UHGV virus genome: UHGV-0174779
DNA: 64,000 nucleotides
Origin: a virus
Reading direction: 5' to 3' (one strand)
Part shown: positions 27,638-36,845 of the stretch, one piece after another
Position numbering within the stretch: position 1 is the first letter of the stretch
Layout of the letters: each line of letters begins with the position of its first letter
Notes under the pieces: generated by a model
What the model was told of the DNA's origin: nothing
The model's database searches: none
What the model saw: only the letters and a program-made list of their open reading frames with translations
Translations under genes and position numbers: made by a program

Positions 27638-28737
27638 CAACTGTAGCGCAAACTTTTGGATATCGAGAAGGTCGTTTAACTGAGGCGCATAGTTCAATTG
27701 CACTTCAGTGCGGTGTCGGTATTGAACTTGAACTCGAAGGTTCTGAACATATCGAAGCAGATATGTGGGATTGCACAGAGGATGGTTCCCTGCGTAACGG
27801 TTGTGAAATGGTATGTTCACGACCTTACAACGGACAGGAGTTGTTAGACGCTATCAACAACCTGAGTGAAGCAGTAGCTGAATCGCACGCCGAGGGGACT
27901 TGGCGTTGCTCTACTCACGTTCATATGGATATGAGGGATGCTGATAGTAATATCCTCAAGAAGACCATTCTAGCTTGGACCTTCTATGAAAAGATGTTGT
28001 TCAAGTGTTCAGGCTACCATCGTTACCGTAGCAACTTCTGCCCTGCTTTCGCAGTGGTACAAGCACAGGTAATGAATGCCTCTGACGCATTTAACTACGA
28101 CGATGAAGAGTTCTTCAACCGTCTGGTTCGTTCATGGGATAAATATACATCTCTGAACCTTCTGCCACTTGCCCAATATGGTTCGATCGAGTTCCGTATC
28201 AGTGAGCCTAAGTGGAAACGTGGTCAACTTCTCAATCTGGTTAACCGCTTCTTAATGTTGAAGAAGCTGGCTTTAGATAACGCAGAGATGAGCAATGATC
28301 AGTTTATCGAGCATTTAAATACTGTACGATTTGCCCCAATGCTTCCTTATCTTCCACTAGATTACAGTCTGGATGAATTGGATTTGCATTCAGGGTATTG
28401 TATGGCCCGTGATGTTTTGTACTGCCGTTCTCATGAAGTAGAGCAGTCTGGTCGTATTCGTTTACGTCGAACCAACCCAAGTGGAGAAGTTCTTGTTGAC
28501 TTACGTCTTATCTCAGACTTCTATGGATACCTTGGATATGTCCGAGGGAATGCTAACAACTTGTACCAAGAGATTTTGGTCATGCTTAATACAACAGATC
28601 TATCTACTGTACGATCTGCACCAGAGCAATGTATCCGTGAGATCTTTGACTTACTTCGTGAGTCAGGCCATATTGATAATAATATCACAGGGTACATTCC
28701 AGATCATCTGGAGTATCAGTTAGAGCAAGCGCTGTAA
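27634..28737 (+). CDS. Amidoligase (glutamine-synthetase-like carboxylate-amine ligase family)
   Basis: 367 aa; GVGIELELEG, EDGSL, CSTHVHMD, FRISEPKWKRG motifs typical of phage-type amidoligases. Confidence 0.6.
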   Translation: MTTVAQTFGYREGRLTEAHSSIALQCGVGIELELEGSEHIEADMWDCTEDGSLRNGCEMVCSRPYNGQELLDAINNLSEAVAESHAEGTWRCSTHVHMDMRDADSNILKKTILAWTFYEKMLFKCSGYHRYRSNFCPAFAVVQAQVMNASDAFNYDDEEFFNRLVRSWDKYTSLNLLPLAQYGSIEFRISEPKWKRGQLLNLVNRFLMLKKLALDNAEMSNDQFIEHLNTVRFAPMLPYLPLDYSLDELDLHSGYCMARDVLYCRSHEVEQSGRIRLRRTNPSGEVLVDLRLISDFYGYLGYVRGNANNLYQEILVMLNTTDLSTVRSAPEQCIREIFDLLRESGHIDNNITGYIPDHLEYQLEQAL

Positions 28738-28816
28738 TCAATGGGTGCCTCTGATAAAGGGGCACAATTTAAAGGTTAATTAGATGAAAGGGTTTACCCT
28801 TCAGGTGGATTAGAAA

Positions 28817-30847
28817 ATTTGCGGCATCGTATTAGCTGGCGGTAATCTGTCAAGCACCGATTTAGACGTATTCAACCAACTCTTTTATGCTGGGGTATTC
28901 CGAGGACAACATTCCTCTGGTATCTTTGGTCAGCGTAAAAGTACTAAGGAAGTCTTCACTTATAAGGAAGCTCTTCCCTCTTTCGCATTCATCCTACAAG
29001 ATGAGTATAAGAAGCACACCACTGGTGAAACATCTTATACTGTAGCACCTTCATGGATTGTTGGTCACAGTCGTCATGCAACGAAAGGTGCAGTTAACGC
29101 CAAGAACGCCCATCCTTTCCAACACGGTAACATCACTCTGGTTCATAACGGAACCTTGATGGACCAAGATCTGTTACCTGACAGTAAAAACTTCGAGGTA
29201 GACAGTGAGAACATCTGCTACTCTATTAACACTATTGGTGCAGCAGAGACTATTCAAAAGCTGGATGGTGCTTTCACCTTAATCTGGCATGATGCTTCTG
29301 ATAACCGTCTTCATATTATTCGTAACGAAGAGCGTCCTTTCCATCTCGCACGTTGTAATAGAGATTGGTTTGGTGCTTCTGAAGAAGATATGCTGATGTG
29401 GATTCTGAAGCGTTCTAAGTCTCACAAAAACCGAATTGATGAGCACTTTGAATGTAAAGTTGGTACAGAATATATCTTTGATATGTCAAACAACAGCATG
29501 ACTCTGGTTGAAGAGGTCGCCCATGAGCTTCCGGTTTTTACGGTAGTCAATCGTTGGGCCAGTTACTACTCGAACAACTACAGCCAAAGCAATTATCAAA
29601 GCTCCTCAAAAAGCAGTACAAGCAATCCTTACGACACGAAGCCGGGAGTGACAGCGGCAGACGTTCGTCGAAGAAACGCAGTGGTAAGTCAAAACAAAAT
29701 CGCAAGCGATCGAAACATTGATATTCGCCGCGACATGACTGTGGAAATCACACCACATGAATTTGTTCCCTATGCAACTGCTGGTGCTGTTCCTTCTCGT
29801 GGTAAGATGATTGGTTATATCTACGATGAGAAATCTCAAGAGTACATTGAAGGTGATGTTCATAACGTAGACATTAAGGCTTATCAGGATGCCCTGAAAG
29901 ACCCTAAAATTGTTTACCGTGGGACAGTATCCTGCATCTCCGAAGTCGATGCTATGGTTCGTTTAGTAATCACAGCAGGTCGTTTTGTTGACCCATCTCT
30001 GGAGAAAAAGGAGCCTGAGTCAACTACTGCTGACTTCGATGATGATATCCCTTTTGACATGAATGATAGTTTCGTCAACAAGAATGGCGTTACTATCACT
30101 CGTAAATTCTGGGAAGCACACTCTCATGGTGATTGTGGTGGTTGTGACAAGCACATTGATTGGAAGGATGCACCTAAAGCAGTCTTCGCATATCAGTGCT
30201 ACTGGCATCCCGAGTGTCTGGAAAGGTTGACTAAACCTAAAGAGGAAGAAGAGGAGGAGACTCCTATCGGTGTTTGTGAAATCTGTGGTGAGGTTAAAAC
30301 AGAGAATGAGTTCGATGAAGAACTTAGCCGCCTCCGTGGTGAAGATATCTGTAAAGACTGTGCTGTAGAAGTAAAGAAGAAAGTGTCTAATGCTACGATC
30401 AAAGATGGTTATGTCTGGATTAAAGCAACAGATACAACAAACACCCGTCGTCCTGAAATTGCTGTACGTGTAACTGAGGAAATGATTGGTCGTATGACCG
30501 TATTACCCTCCTCAGCGAAACAAACAGGTATCACTCTGGAAGATGTTGTTGATGCTTATGTTGAGAAACGTGGCAACAGTATTTTTGCAATCTCGACTAA
30601 GCCAAAAAAGGAGGAACCTGCTGAGAAAGCAGGTGTGTTTCCTGAATCACGAACAGCTCTCCGCAAAACTGTTGTCAGCTTCGACGGAAATCGAAGCACT
30701 GACTTCACCAAAGCCATGTGGTCAACCCTCGGATACTGCTCAGAGTGTTTTAAGCAGATTCCGTGGCGCGATGCTGAAAGTTGTACGCTTGGTTCTATGA
30801 ATCAAGTTTATTGTAATTCTCCTAAATGTTCATTGAATAGAGGTTAA
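28817..30847 (+). CDS. Class-II glutamine amidotransferase (Ntn-hydrolase) fused to Cys-cluster C-terminal domain; probable AUU start
   Basis: ORF track starts at 29156, but the same frame upstream encodes (I)CGIVLAGG...FRGQHSSGIFG...NAHPF...LVHNGTL, the N-terminal Cys and HPF/HNG signature of class-II GATases. No ATG/GTG/TTG precedes the Cys; AGGTGGA lies 8 nt before ATT 28817. C-terminal part has three Cys4-like clusters. Confidence 0.55.
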   Translation: MCGIVLAGGNLSSTDLDVFNQLFYAGVFRGQHSSGIFGQRKSTKEVFTYKEALPSFAFILQDEYKKHTTGETSYTVAPSWIVGHSRHATKGAVNAKNAHPFQHGNITLVHNGTLMDQDLLPDSKNFEVDSENICYSINTIGAAETIQKLDGAFTLIWHDASDNRLHIIRNEERPFHLARCNRDWFGASEEDMLMWILKRSKSHKNRIDEHFECKVGTEYIFDMSNNSMTLVEEVAHELPVFTVVNRWASYYSNNYSQSNYQSSSKSSTSNPYDTKPGVTAADVRRRNAVVSQNKIASDRNIDIRRDMTVEITPHEFVPYATAGAVPSRGKMIGYIYDEKSQEYIEGDVHNVDIKAYQDALKDPKIVYRGTVSCISEVDAMVRLVITAGRFVDPSLEKKEPESTTADFDDDIPFDMNDSFVNKNGVTITRKFWEAHSHGDCGGCDKHIDWKDAPKAVFAYQCYWHPECLERLTKPKEEEEEETPIGVCEICGEVKTENEFDEELSRLRGEDICKDCAVEVKKKVSNATIKDGYVWIKATDTTNTRRPEIAVRVTEEMIGRMTVLPSSAKQTGITLEDVVDAYVEKRGNSIFAISTKPKKEEPAEKAGVFPESRTALRKTVVSFDGNRSTDFTKAMWSTLGYCSECFKQIPWRDAESCTLGSMNQVYCNSPKCSLNRG

Positions 30848-30852
30848 ATCAG

Positions 30853-31086
30853 ATGGAAATTCGTAAGATGATGTTGGATAATGTTGTAACTACTCGACGT
30901 ATCCCGATGACGAGCACAGGATGTGACAACCTTCGTGCAATCCAGAAGTGGATGCAAGCTGGTATTGGTCAAGTACTTGAGACACAGGTTGAGGTTCCGT
31001 TCCCAACGGTGATCAATAACGTACTTGCTGATTATGTAAAAATCAAAGGCATTAAGGTAGAACCTCATGTCAAATCTGGTTCCTAA
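30853..31086 (+). CDS. Hypothetical protein
   Basis: 77 aa ORF inside the enzyme block. Confidence 0.4.
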   Translation: MEIRKMMLDNVVTTRRIPMTSTGCDNLRAIQKWMQAGIGQVLETQVEVPFPTVINNVLADYVKIKGIKVEPHVKSGS

Positions 31087-31291
31087 GAAACCGAAGATTA
31101 CTCTCCTACAGTATTACATAGGAGTTCATATCGAATTAGTAACGGAGCAGCGAAAGCTGTATCCGTTCGCTTTCGGTCTGATTGATGCACCATCCGATGA
31201 AGTAGAGAACGATGCGTTCAATGACTACTTCGAAATTGAAGCTCAGATTCAAAAAACTCGTAACGAAATTCTTAAACTTAAAGGTATCTAA
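31067..31291 (+). CDS. Hypothetical protein
   Basis: 74 aa ORF overlapping upstream gene end. Confidence 0.4.
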   Translation: MSNLVPKKPKITLLQYYIGVHIELVTEQRKLYPFAFGLIDAPSDEVENDAFNDYFEIEAQIQKTRNEILKLKGI

Positions 31292-31293
31292 CA

Positions 31294-32490
31294 ATGACTA
31301 CTCGTATCCGTGTTCTCCCTTATGGCCCTTCTGATTCAGTTCGTGAACTTACTTCTGCTATTAATGCTAAGATTCAGGAACTTCGACTGAATGCTAACGT
31401 AATGTCTCTGGTATCAGAAAACTCTCGTTATCGTTCTCGAGCCGGTGATATTGTTGTAAACTATGGCAACCGTCGTTATGATGCTTCTTTCTTTGGTGGT
31501 GCAACCGTACTGAACCCTGTTGAAGCCCTGAACCGAGCAGCTAATAAAGTTGCAGCATTTAACGCATTACGGTTGGCTGGAGTTAAGACTGTTGAATATA
31601 CCGTTGATCGTGAAGTAGCTCAGAGCTGGAACCAAAACGAAATCGTTTATGAGCGTGCAACCTTAACTGGACATTCTGGTGAAGGCATCACCGTACGTCT
31701 TCCGGGAGAAGGTACTGCAAGTGCTCCTCTGTATACGAAAGGTATTCAAGGTCCGCGTCGTGAATGGCGTGTTCATGTGTTCGAAGGTGTTATCACTTAC
31801 GTTCAGAAGAAGATTCGTCGTAATGGATATCGTGAACTGGAAAGCTATCGTGAAAATATTCGCAACCATCACACTGGCTGGGTTTACTCTAACTCTTTCA
31901 CTGAAGCTCCTCCTGATCAAGTTCTGATTCAAGCCCACAAAGCTGTGTCTGCTCTGGGTTTAAACTTCGGCGCTGTTGACCTGATTAGTAAAGGCTCTAA
32001 CGCTTGGGTTCTGGAAGTAAACACTGCTCCGGGTCTGACTGGTACAACTCTGGAAACTTACACTCACAACATTGTTGAGTTTGTTAAGAGCTTCTCTGGT
32101 GTTGAGCCTGACTACCGCGTTGCTTACGAACTGCCTGTTGAAGAGTCGGAAGTTGAGTTTGCTGACTCAGCGGATGATGAGAACTTTGCATTGACAGCTG
32201 AGCCAGTTGCTGAAGAGTCATCTGAACCTGTTCCTGAAACAATGCAAGTGGAAGAACAAGGGTTAGAGATCAACCCAATCACCCGTCGTACCCTGCGTCG
32301 TGGTTATTATATCGCGAACATCAAGCATCCTGAAAACGGCTCAACTGTAGCAAGTAATGTAATTGTTTTCTTCTGCGGTCGTAACTTCTACCGCTCTGGT
32401 TGGAACGCACCAATTAGTGATCGTCAGCTTGGTCGTGTGTTGCAGATTAATAGCCTTACCCTGAATGATGGCACTGTTGTAAACTACTAA
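31294..32490 (+). CDS. ATP-grasp family ligase (RimK-like)
   Basis: 398 aa; EWRVHVFEG, GWVYSNS, LGLNFGAVDLISKGSNAWVLEVNTAPGL are characteristic ATP-grasp C-terminal motifs. Confidence 0.75.
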   Translation: MTTRIRVLPYGPSDSVRELTSAINAKIQELRLNANVMSLVSENSRYRSRAGDIVVNYGNRRYDASFFGGATVLNPVEALNRAANKVAAFNALRLAGVKTVEYTVDREVAQSWNQNEIVYERATLTGHSGEGITVRLPGEGTASAPLYTKGIQGPRREWRVHVFEGVITYVQKKIRRNGYRELESYRENIRNHHTGWVYSNSFTEAPPDQVLIQAHKAVSALGLNFGAVDLISKGSNAWVLEVNTAPGLTGTTLETYTHNIVEFVKSFSGVEPDYRVAYELPVEESEVEFADSADDENFALTAEPVAEESSEPVPETMQVEEQGLEINPITRRTLRRGYYIANIKHPENGSTVASNVIVFFCGRNFYRSGWNAPISDRQLGRVLQINSLTLNDGTVVNY

Positions 32491-32496
32491 GGATAT

Positions 32497-32745
32497 ATGG
32501 ATATGTTTTCATTGGAAGATCTAGTACAAAATGGAATGATGGAACAAAAAGAGCCTCTGATTGTAGGCTCTCGTAAAGAGTTGCGTAAGTTGTGTGAGGA
32601 ATGGGGTATTACTAATCAGCGAATGATTGGTAATCAATTCTCTGCAATTGTAACTTTCCTGAAACGTGGTGATAAGTATTCTATGGAATGTGTAGAACGT
32701 ATCATCGCTGAAGCACAACAAGACAAAGGAGTGACCTATCTGTGA
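32497..32745 (+). CDS. Hypothetical protein
   Basis: 82 aa ORF. Confidence 0.4.
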   Translation: MDMFSLEDLVQNGMMEQKEPLIVGSRKELRKLCEEWGITNQRMIGNQFSAIVTFLKRGDKYSMECVERIIAEAQQDKGVTYL

Positions 32746-32927
32746 ATAAGTATAAAGTTCTGTTTAAAGATACCAATGCCGCTGGTGAAATGCGAGCTAT
32801 GGACCTAGATGCTGATATGTTTAACTTCTCTGATGGCAAAGTGACCTTCTTTCAGGGAAGTGAAGCTGTTGCAATGTTTGAGAGTGCAGCAATCTGTGGT
32901 GTAATCAAAATCTTTATTACAGAGTAA
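32742..32927 (+). CDS. Hypothetical protein
   Basis: 61 aa ORF, GTG start overlapping upstream stop. Confidence 0.35.
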   Translation: MNKYKVLFKDTNAAGEMRAMDLDADMFNFSDGKVTFFQGSEAVAMFESAAICGVIKIFITE

Positions 32928-32996
32928 TCTGCTTTAGCCTCTTCGAAAGAGGGGGCTAGTTCGGATAAACTAAACAAACCAACAAAGGTATAGATA

Positions 32997-33416
32997 ATGT
33001 CAGAAGTAATTTACGTAGCAACTTATGGAAGTTTGAGAAGCGGTCAAGCTAACTATTTAATTAATGACCGAGCTGGTGCTAAATCTATTGGTGAAGGTTG
33101 GACTGAAGATAACTTCGATCTGTTCCGTTACGGTGGTTCCTACTTCCCGAGCATCTCTCTCGCACACAGCAATAACAATAAGCCTGTTCGTGTAGAAGTG
33201 TTTGCTACTGACAAAGCAGGTCTGGAAGGTCCATATGACCGTCTGGAAGGCTACAACAAACATAGCCCTGAAGATAGCTTCTATCAGCGTACCCAGATTG
33301 CTGTTAAGATGGACTCAGGTGAAACTGTTATCGCTTGGATTTATCATATCGACGAAGAACAAGATGTTCTGGTTGAGTCAGGAGACTGGTCAGAGTATCT
33401 AAAAAACGAGGGTTAA
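32997..33416 (+). CDS. Gamma-glutamyl cyclotransferase-like (AIG2/GGCT fold) protein
   Basis: 139 aa; N-terminal YVATYGSLRSGQANY and downstream acidic residues match the GGCT-like signature. Confidence 0.55.
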   Translation: MSEVIYVATYGSLRSGQANYLINDRAGAKSIGEGWTEDNFDLFRYGGSYFPSISLAHSNNNKPVRVEVFATDKAGLEGPYDRLEGYNKHSPEDSFYQRTQIAVKMDSGETVIAWIYHIDEEQDVLVESGDWSEYLKNEG

Positions 33417-33417
33417 T

Positions 33418-33651
33418 ATGGAGTTCGAAAAGATAAAATGTGTATCCGCATTCTATGATGAGGATACTGATATTGTTTTTTATAACTTCTCCACAATCCC
33501 CCAGATAGAGAATGGAGATTGGGCCATCTCTGAGGGAGGTGATGTAGCCTATAATACAAGAACTGACCGTATCACTCAAGATGATTTCCCGCCTGAGCTC
33601 CTAGAGCTTCTACCCTATATTGACTATGATATAGAAGTAGAGTATGACTAA
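33418..33651 (+). CDS. Hypothetical protein
   Basis: 77 aa ORF. Confidence 0.4.
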   Translation: MEFEKIKCVSAFYDEDTDIVFYNFSTIPQIENGDWAISEGGDVAYNTRTDRITQDDFPPELLELLPYIDYDIEVEYD

Positions 33652-33856
33652 AATGAATTTTGAGAAAAGGCAGGCTCTTCGGAGGCTTGAAGCCAAGTAT
33701 TTAATGTTACGGTGCAAAATCAACCGACACGAGCGTTTCGTTGAAGCTGCACAAACCAAAAACTTTGAATCATCAGTGGAGATGTTCAAGACCCAACTTT
33801 CTTTTTATAGGAAAGAACAGGAACAAGTGTGGGATGAAATCCGTTCGTTCTACTAA
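33644..33856 (+). CDS. Hypothetical protein
   Basis: 70 aa ORF. Confidence 0.4.
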   Translation: MTKMNFEKRQALRRLEAKYLMLRCKINRHERFVEAAQTKNFESSVEMFKTQLSFYRKEQEQVWDEIRSFY

Positions 33857-33882
33857 GCTCAAGGATTCCAAGGAGGAAGAGC

Positions 33883-35428
33883 ATGTCAAAGATCATTTTG
33901 GGAGACACAGGCTGTAAGGAATGTATCTCTCATGGTCGTGATAAAACCCACAACCACATGATTCTCTTCCGTAACGAAGAGACCGGTGAGGAGTGGGGAA
34001 GTTGTAACCGTTGTGGGAATTACGAAGTGTTCGAAAAGGGCACTACACCTACTCCAAACGAGAAGAAAGAGTTATCCCCTGAAGAGTTGAGAGAAGTCTT
34101 AGATGATTGCTTAGAGCTTCCTCAGGGTGAACTTACTCGACGTTTAATCCCTAAAGCCGTATCAGAGCGTTTTGAGTGTCGCATTGGCCTCAGCCAAACT
34201 GATGGTCAGACACCAGACAGTTACTTCTTTCCTCGTGAACGTGATGGAAACATCGTTGGTTACGAGGTTAAACTGCTAGATAGTAAGAAGTTTTATTACG
34301 TTGGCAGTGTGAAAGAAGCAGATTTATTTGGTATGGCACAGGCTCAGCGTGGTGATGTGTACAACAAGAAGCTATTCATTTTTGAAGACCCGCTATCTTG
34401 TATGTCTGGTTTCCATGTCCTTACAGCTTTTACAAATGCAACAAACATTAAGCCAGCATGTGTTTCTTTACCGTTCGGTGCAGGTTCAATCTCTTCTGTG
34501 TTGTCTCGTAATCGAGACTTCGTAAATGGTTTTGAGGAGGTTGTGCTCTGCATGGACAACGATGATGCAGGTGAGATAGCTTTAACAAAAGGTCGTTCTT
34601 TATTCCCTCATGTCAAGTTTGCTCGTATTCCTAAAGGAACTTTCCCATACAACGGTGTGGAGAAAGAGATTAAGGATGCGAATGACATGCTTCTGTCTGG
34701 TCGTGGTCAAGAGTTATTCAACATTCTCAAGTATTCAGCAAAGCGGGAATCTCCTGCTGGTGCTGTAACAATCTTTGATTGTCTTGATGATGCTCTGAAG
34801 AAAGCAGAATGGGGTATCCCCTATCCGTGGAAGACTCTGAATGAAATGACCTTCGGTATTCGATGGGGAGAGGTGGTAGCAATTGGTGGTGGAGTAGGGA
34901 GTGGTAAAACACTCATTGCTCACGAGCTGGTTGCTCATCTGTGCTTAGAGCATGGTTTTAATGGAGGTGGCTTCTTCTTGGAAGAGAAGGTAGGCATGTC
35001 TGTTAAGAACATTGCTGGTAAGTCAGCATCTATTCCTTTCCACCGACCAGATGTTGAATATGATGAGGAGGATTTGCGTAATGAAGCACTTCGTTATGCA
35101 GACAAATTCTTCTTGTATGACAACTTCGGACAGAACGAATGGGAAGACATTAAACAGTGTATCCGTTTCTGGGTAGTTGAAAACCAGTGTAAGTTTATCA
35201 TCCTTGATAACATTACCGCTCTGGTATCTCATTTAACACCTTCAGAGATTAACACTGAAATCAGTAAGATTGCTTCCGAGCTTGCTGGTATGTGTAAAGA
35301 ATTAGACTTTACCGCTTTCGTTCTATCTCACCTCAATGCTCCGGCAGGTGGTGCTCCTCACGAAGAAGGTGGACAGGTACGTGAAGTGCAGTTCACTGGT
35401 TCTCGTTCCCTTATGCGTAAACAAACCT
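33883..35428 (+). CDS. DNA primase-helicase (T7 gp4-like), 5' exon or N-terminal part
   Basis: N-terminal zinc ribbon CKEC...CNRC, helicase Walker A GGGVGSGKT, Walker B FIILDNITAL; reading frame breaks after ...EVQFTGSRSLMRKQT within helicase motif H4. Confidence 0.8.
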
Positions 35429-36047
35429 GCGCATGTAAAACCTATTGAACTCAGGGAAAGCTAAGTCGAAAGATATGCCAATCCTGAGCTAAGCTAGACA
35501 GTCTTCCAAGAGCAAGGAGGCTTTATGGAAGAGAAACAAATAGAAGGTGCATCTAATTATTGGGTGCGGCCTGATGGTACGATTTATAATAGTAAAACAG
35601 GCAATGTTATCTTAGGGGCCAGACATGGCAACGGATATTTAACTGTTTACTTAAGAATGGATACGGGACAAAGAAAGAAATTCTACATGCACCGACTAGT
35701 AGCTATTGCCTTTGTTCCTAACCCTCACAATTATCCATTTATTGATCACTTGGACCATACAAGAGATAATAACGTGGCAACTAATTTGGAGTGGGTAACC
35801 AACGCTGAGAATGTTCAGAGAGGTTACAATTTCTTTAATTATAAACGGAAGACTGTTTAGAAAGTGCAGAGACTAGGGTGGTCATAAGACCGAAGTACAG
35901 CCAAGTGGTGTCATTAACATTGACTTAAATGGAAGCAGTAGGCACACTTTTGTGTGGTGAGATAGTCCGATCTTGCAGGAAACTGTAAGCAGCATGTAGT
36001 GGTGCGGGGTATGAGTAGCGATCATATCTGAACTTTTGTGGTGTCAG
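35429..36047 (+). mobile_element. Probable group I intron (or HNH-mediated gene split) interrupting the primase-helicase gene
   Basis: About 620-nt insert between helicase segments; contains a free-standing HNH ORF with its own AAGGAGG RBS. Exon boundaries inferred by alignment logic, uncertain by a few nt. Confidence 0.55.
35525..35860 (+). CDS. HNH homing endonuclease (intron-encoded)
   Basis: 111 aa; HRLVAIAFVPNPHNYPFIDHLDHTRDNNVATNLEWVTNAEN HNH-type motif. Confidence 0.7.
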   Translation: MEEKQIEGASNYWVRPDGTIYNSKTGNVILGARHGNGYLTVYLRMDTGQRKKFYMHRLVAIAFVPNPHNYPFIDHLDHTRDNNVATNLEWVTNAENVQRGYNFFNYKRKTV

Positions 36048-36293
36048 TGTATCATTGGCTTTGAGCGTGACAAGCAAGCTGATGGCTTAGCTAAGAACCT
36101 CTCAGTCATTCGATTACTGAAAGAACGTAACTACGGTCAGACAGGTGTCTGTTATACTAAGTATATCAGTGAGACCGGCAGACTTGTAGAAAGGGAAGAC
36201 TTTGAAGTTGACGAAGATAATCCATTCGTTTTAACTAACGGAGAGGATGCAGCTTCTCTCGTCAGTCAAGCAGATGGAGCTTCACCGTGGTAA
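36048..36293 (+). CDS. DNA primase-helicase, 3' exon or C-terminal part
   Basis: Translation [33 protein letters not shown] continues helicase motif H4 and C-terminal acidic tail in T7 gp4 order. Confidence 0.7.
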   Translation, partial: CIIGFERDKQADGLAKNLSVIRLLKERNYGQTGVCYTKYISETGRLVEREDFEVDEDNPFVLTNGEDAASLVSQADGASPW

Positions 36294-36844
36294 AGAAAAA
36301 GAAGAAAGTGTTTGCATTCGATATCGAGAGTAATGCACTATACGATGATATAACCAAAGTGTGGTGTATTTATATTTTCGATGTTGAAACTGATGAAAGG
36401 TGGGGCTATCGGCCTCACCAAATTGAAGATGGGATTCGTAAGCTTACAGAAGCTGATGTGATCTTAGGTCATAACATTATTGACTTCGACCTTTGTGCTC
36501 TGAAGAAAATGTATCCCAATCTGATCGACTATCGTTTTAACGTCTTCGACACTTTATGTCTTAGTCGATATCTTAAACCTGACCGTATTGGTGACAGTCC
36601 TGAGTATCCGAAAGGCGACCCTAGACATGGCCCAAGAGGTCATGGCTTGAAGCAATGGGGTGAGTTCTTAGGGGAACTTAAAGGTGATTACGGTGAGCAA
36701 GAGGAAGCATGGGATGCTTTCACTGAGGATATGTTTACTTATTGTGAACAGGACGTTAACTTAACTGTTAAGGTTTATAAATACTTGTGTGAACTCACAG
36801 GATTTGACCCTTACGACCCACCTTCATTATATTGGAAAATGTAA
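36287..36844 (+). CDS. DNA polymerase, 3'-5' exonuclease subunit (T7 gp5 N-terminal domain as a separate gene)
   Basis: FDIESNAL (Exo I), [13 protein letters not shown] (Exo II), FTYCEQDV (Exo III); ORF stops where the T7 polymerase domain would begin. Alternative GTG start at 36308. Confidence 0.8.
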   Translation: MVKKKKKVFAFDIESNALYDDITKVWCIYIFDVETDERWGYRPHQIEDGIRKLTEADVILGHNIIDFDLCALKKMYPNLIDYRFNVFDTLCLSRYLKPDRIGDSPEYPKGDPRHGPRGHGLKQWGEFLGELKGDYGEQEEAWDAFTEDMFTYCEQDVNLTVKVYKYLCELTGFDPYDPPSLYWKM

Positions 36845-36845
36845 A

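Noticed and set aside
29156-30847. ORF-track start (TTG 29156) for the 563-aa protein
   Set aside because: The same frame upstream encodes the entire N-terminal amidotransferase domain including the catalytic Cys, so 29156 is internal; the start was moved to about 28817.
32927-32975. Hairpin CCTCTT-cgaa-AGAGG as a terminator
   Set aside because: No downstream U-tract; more likely a simple stem-loop between genes.
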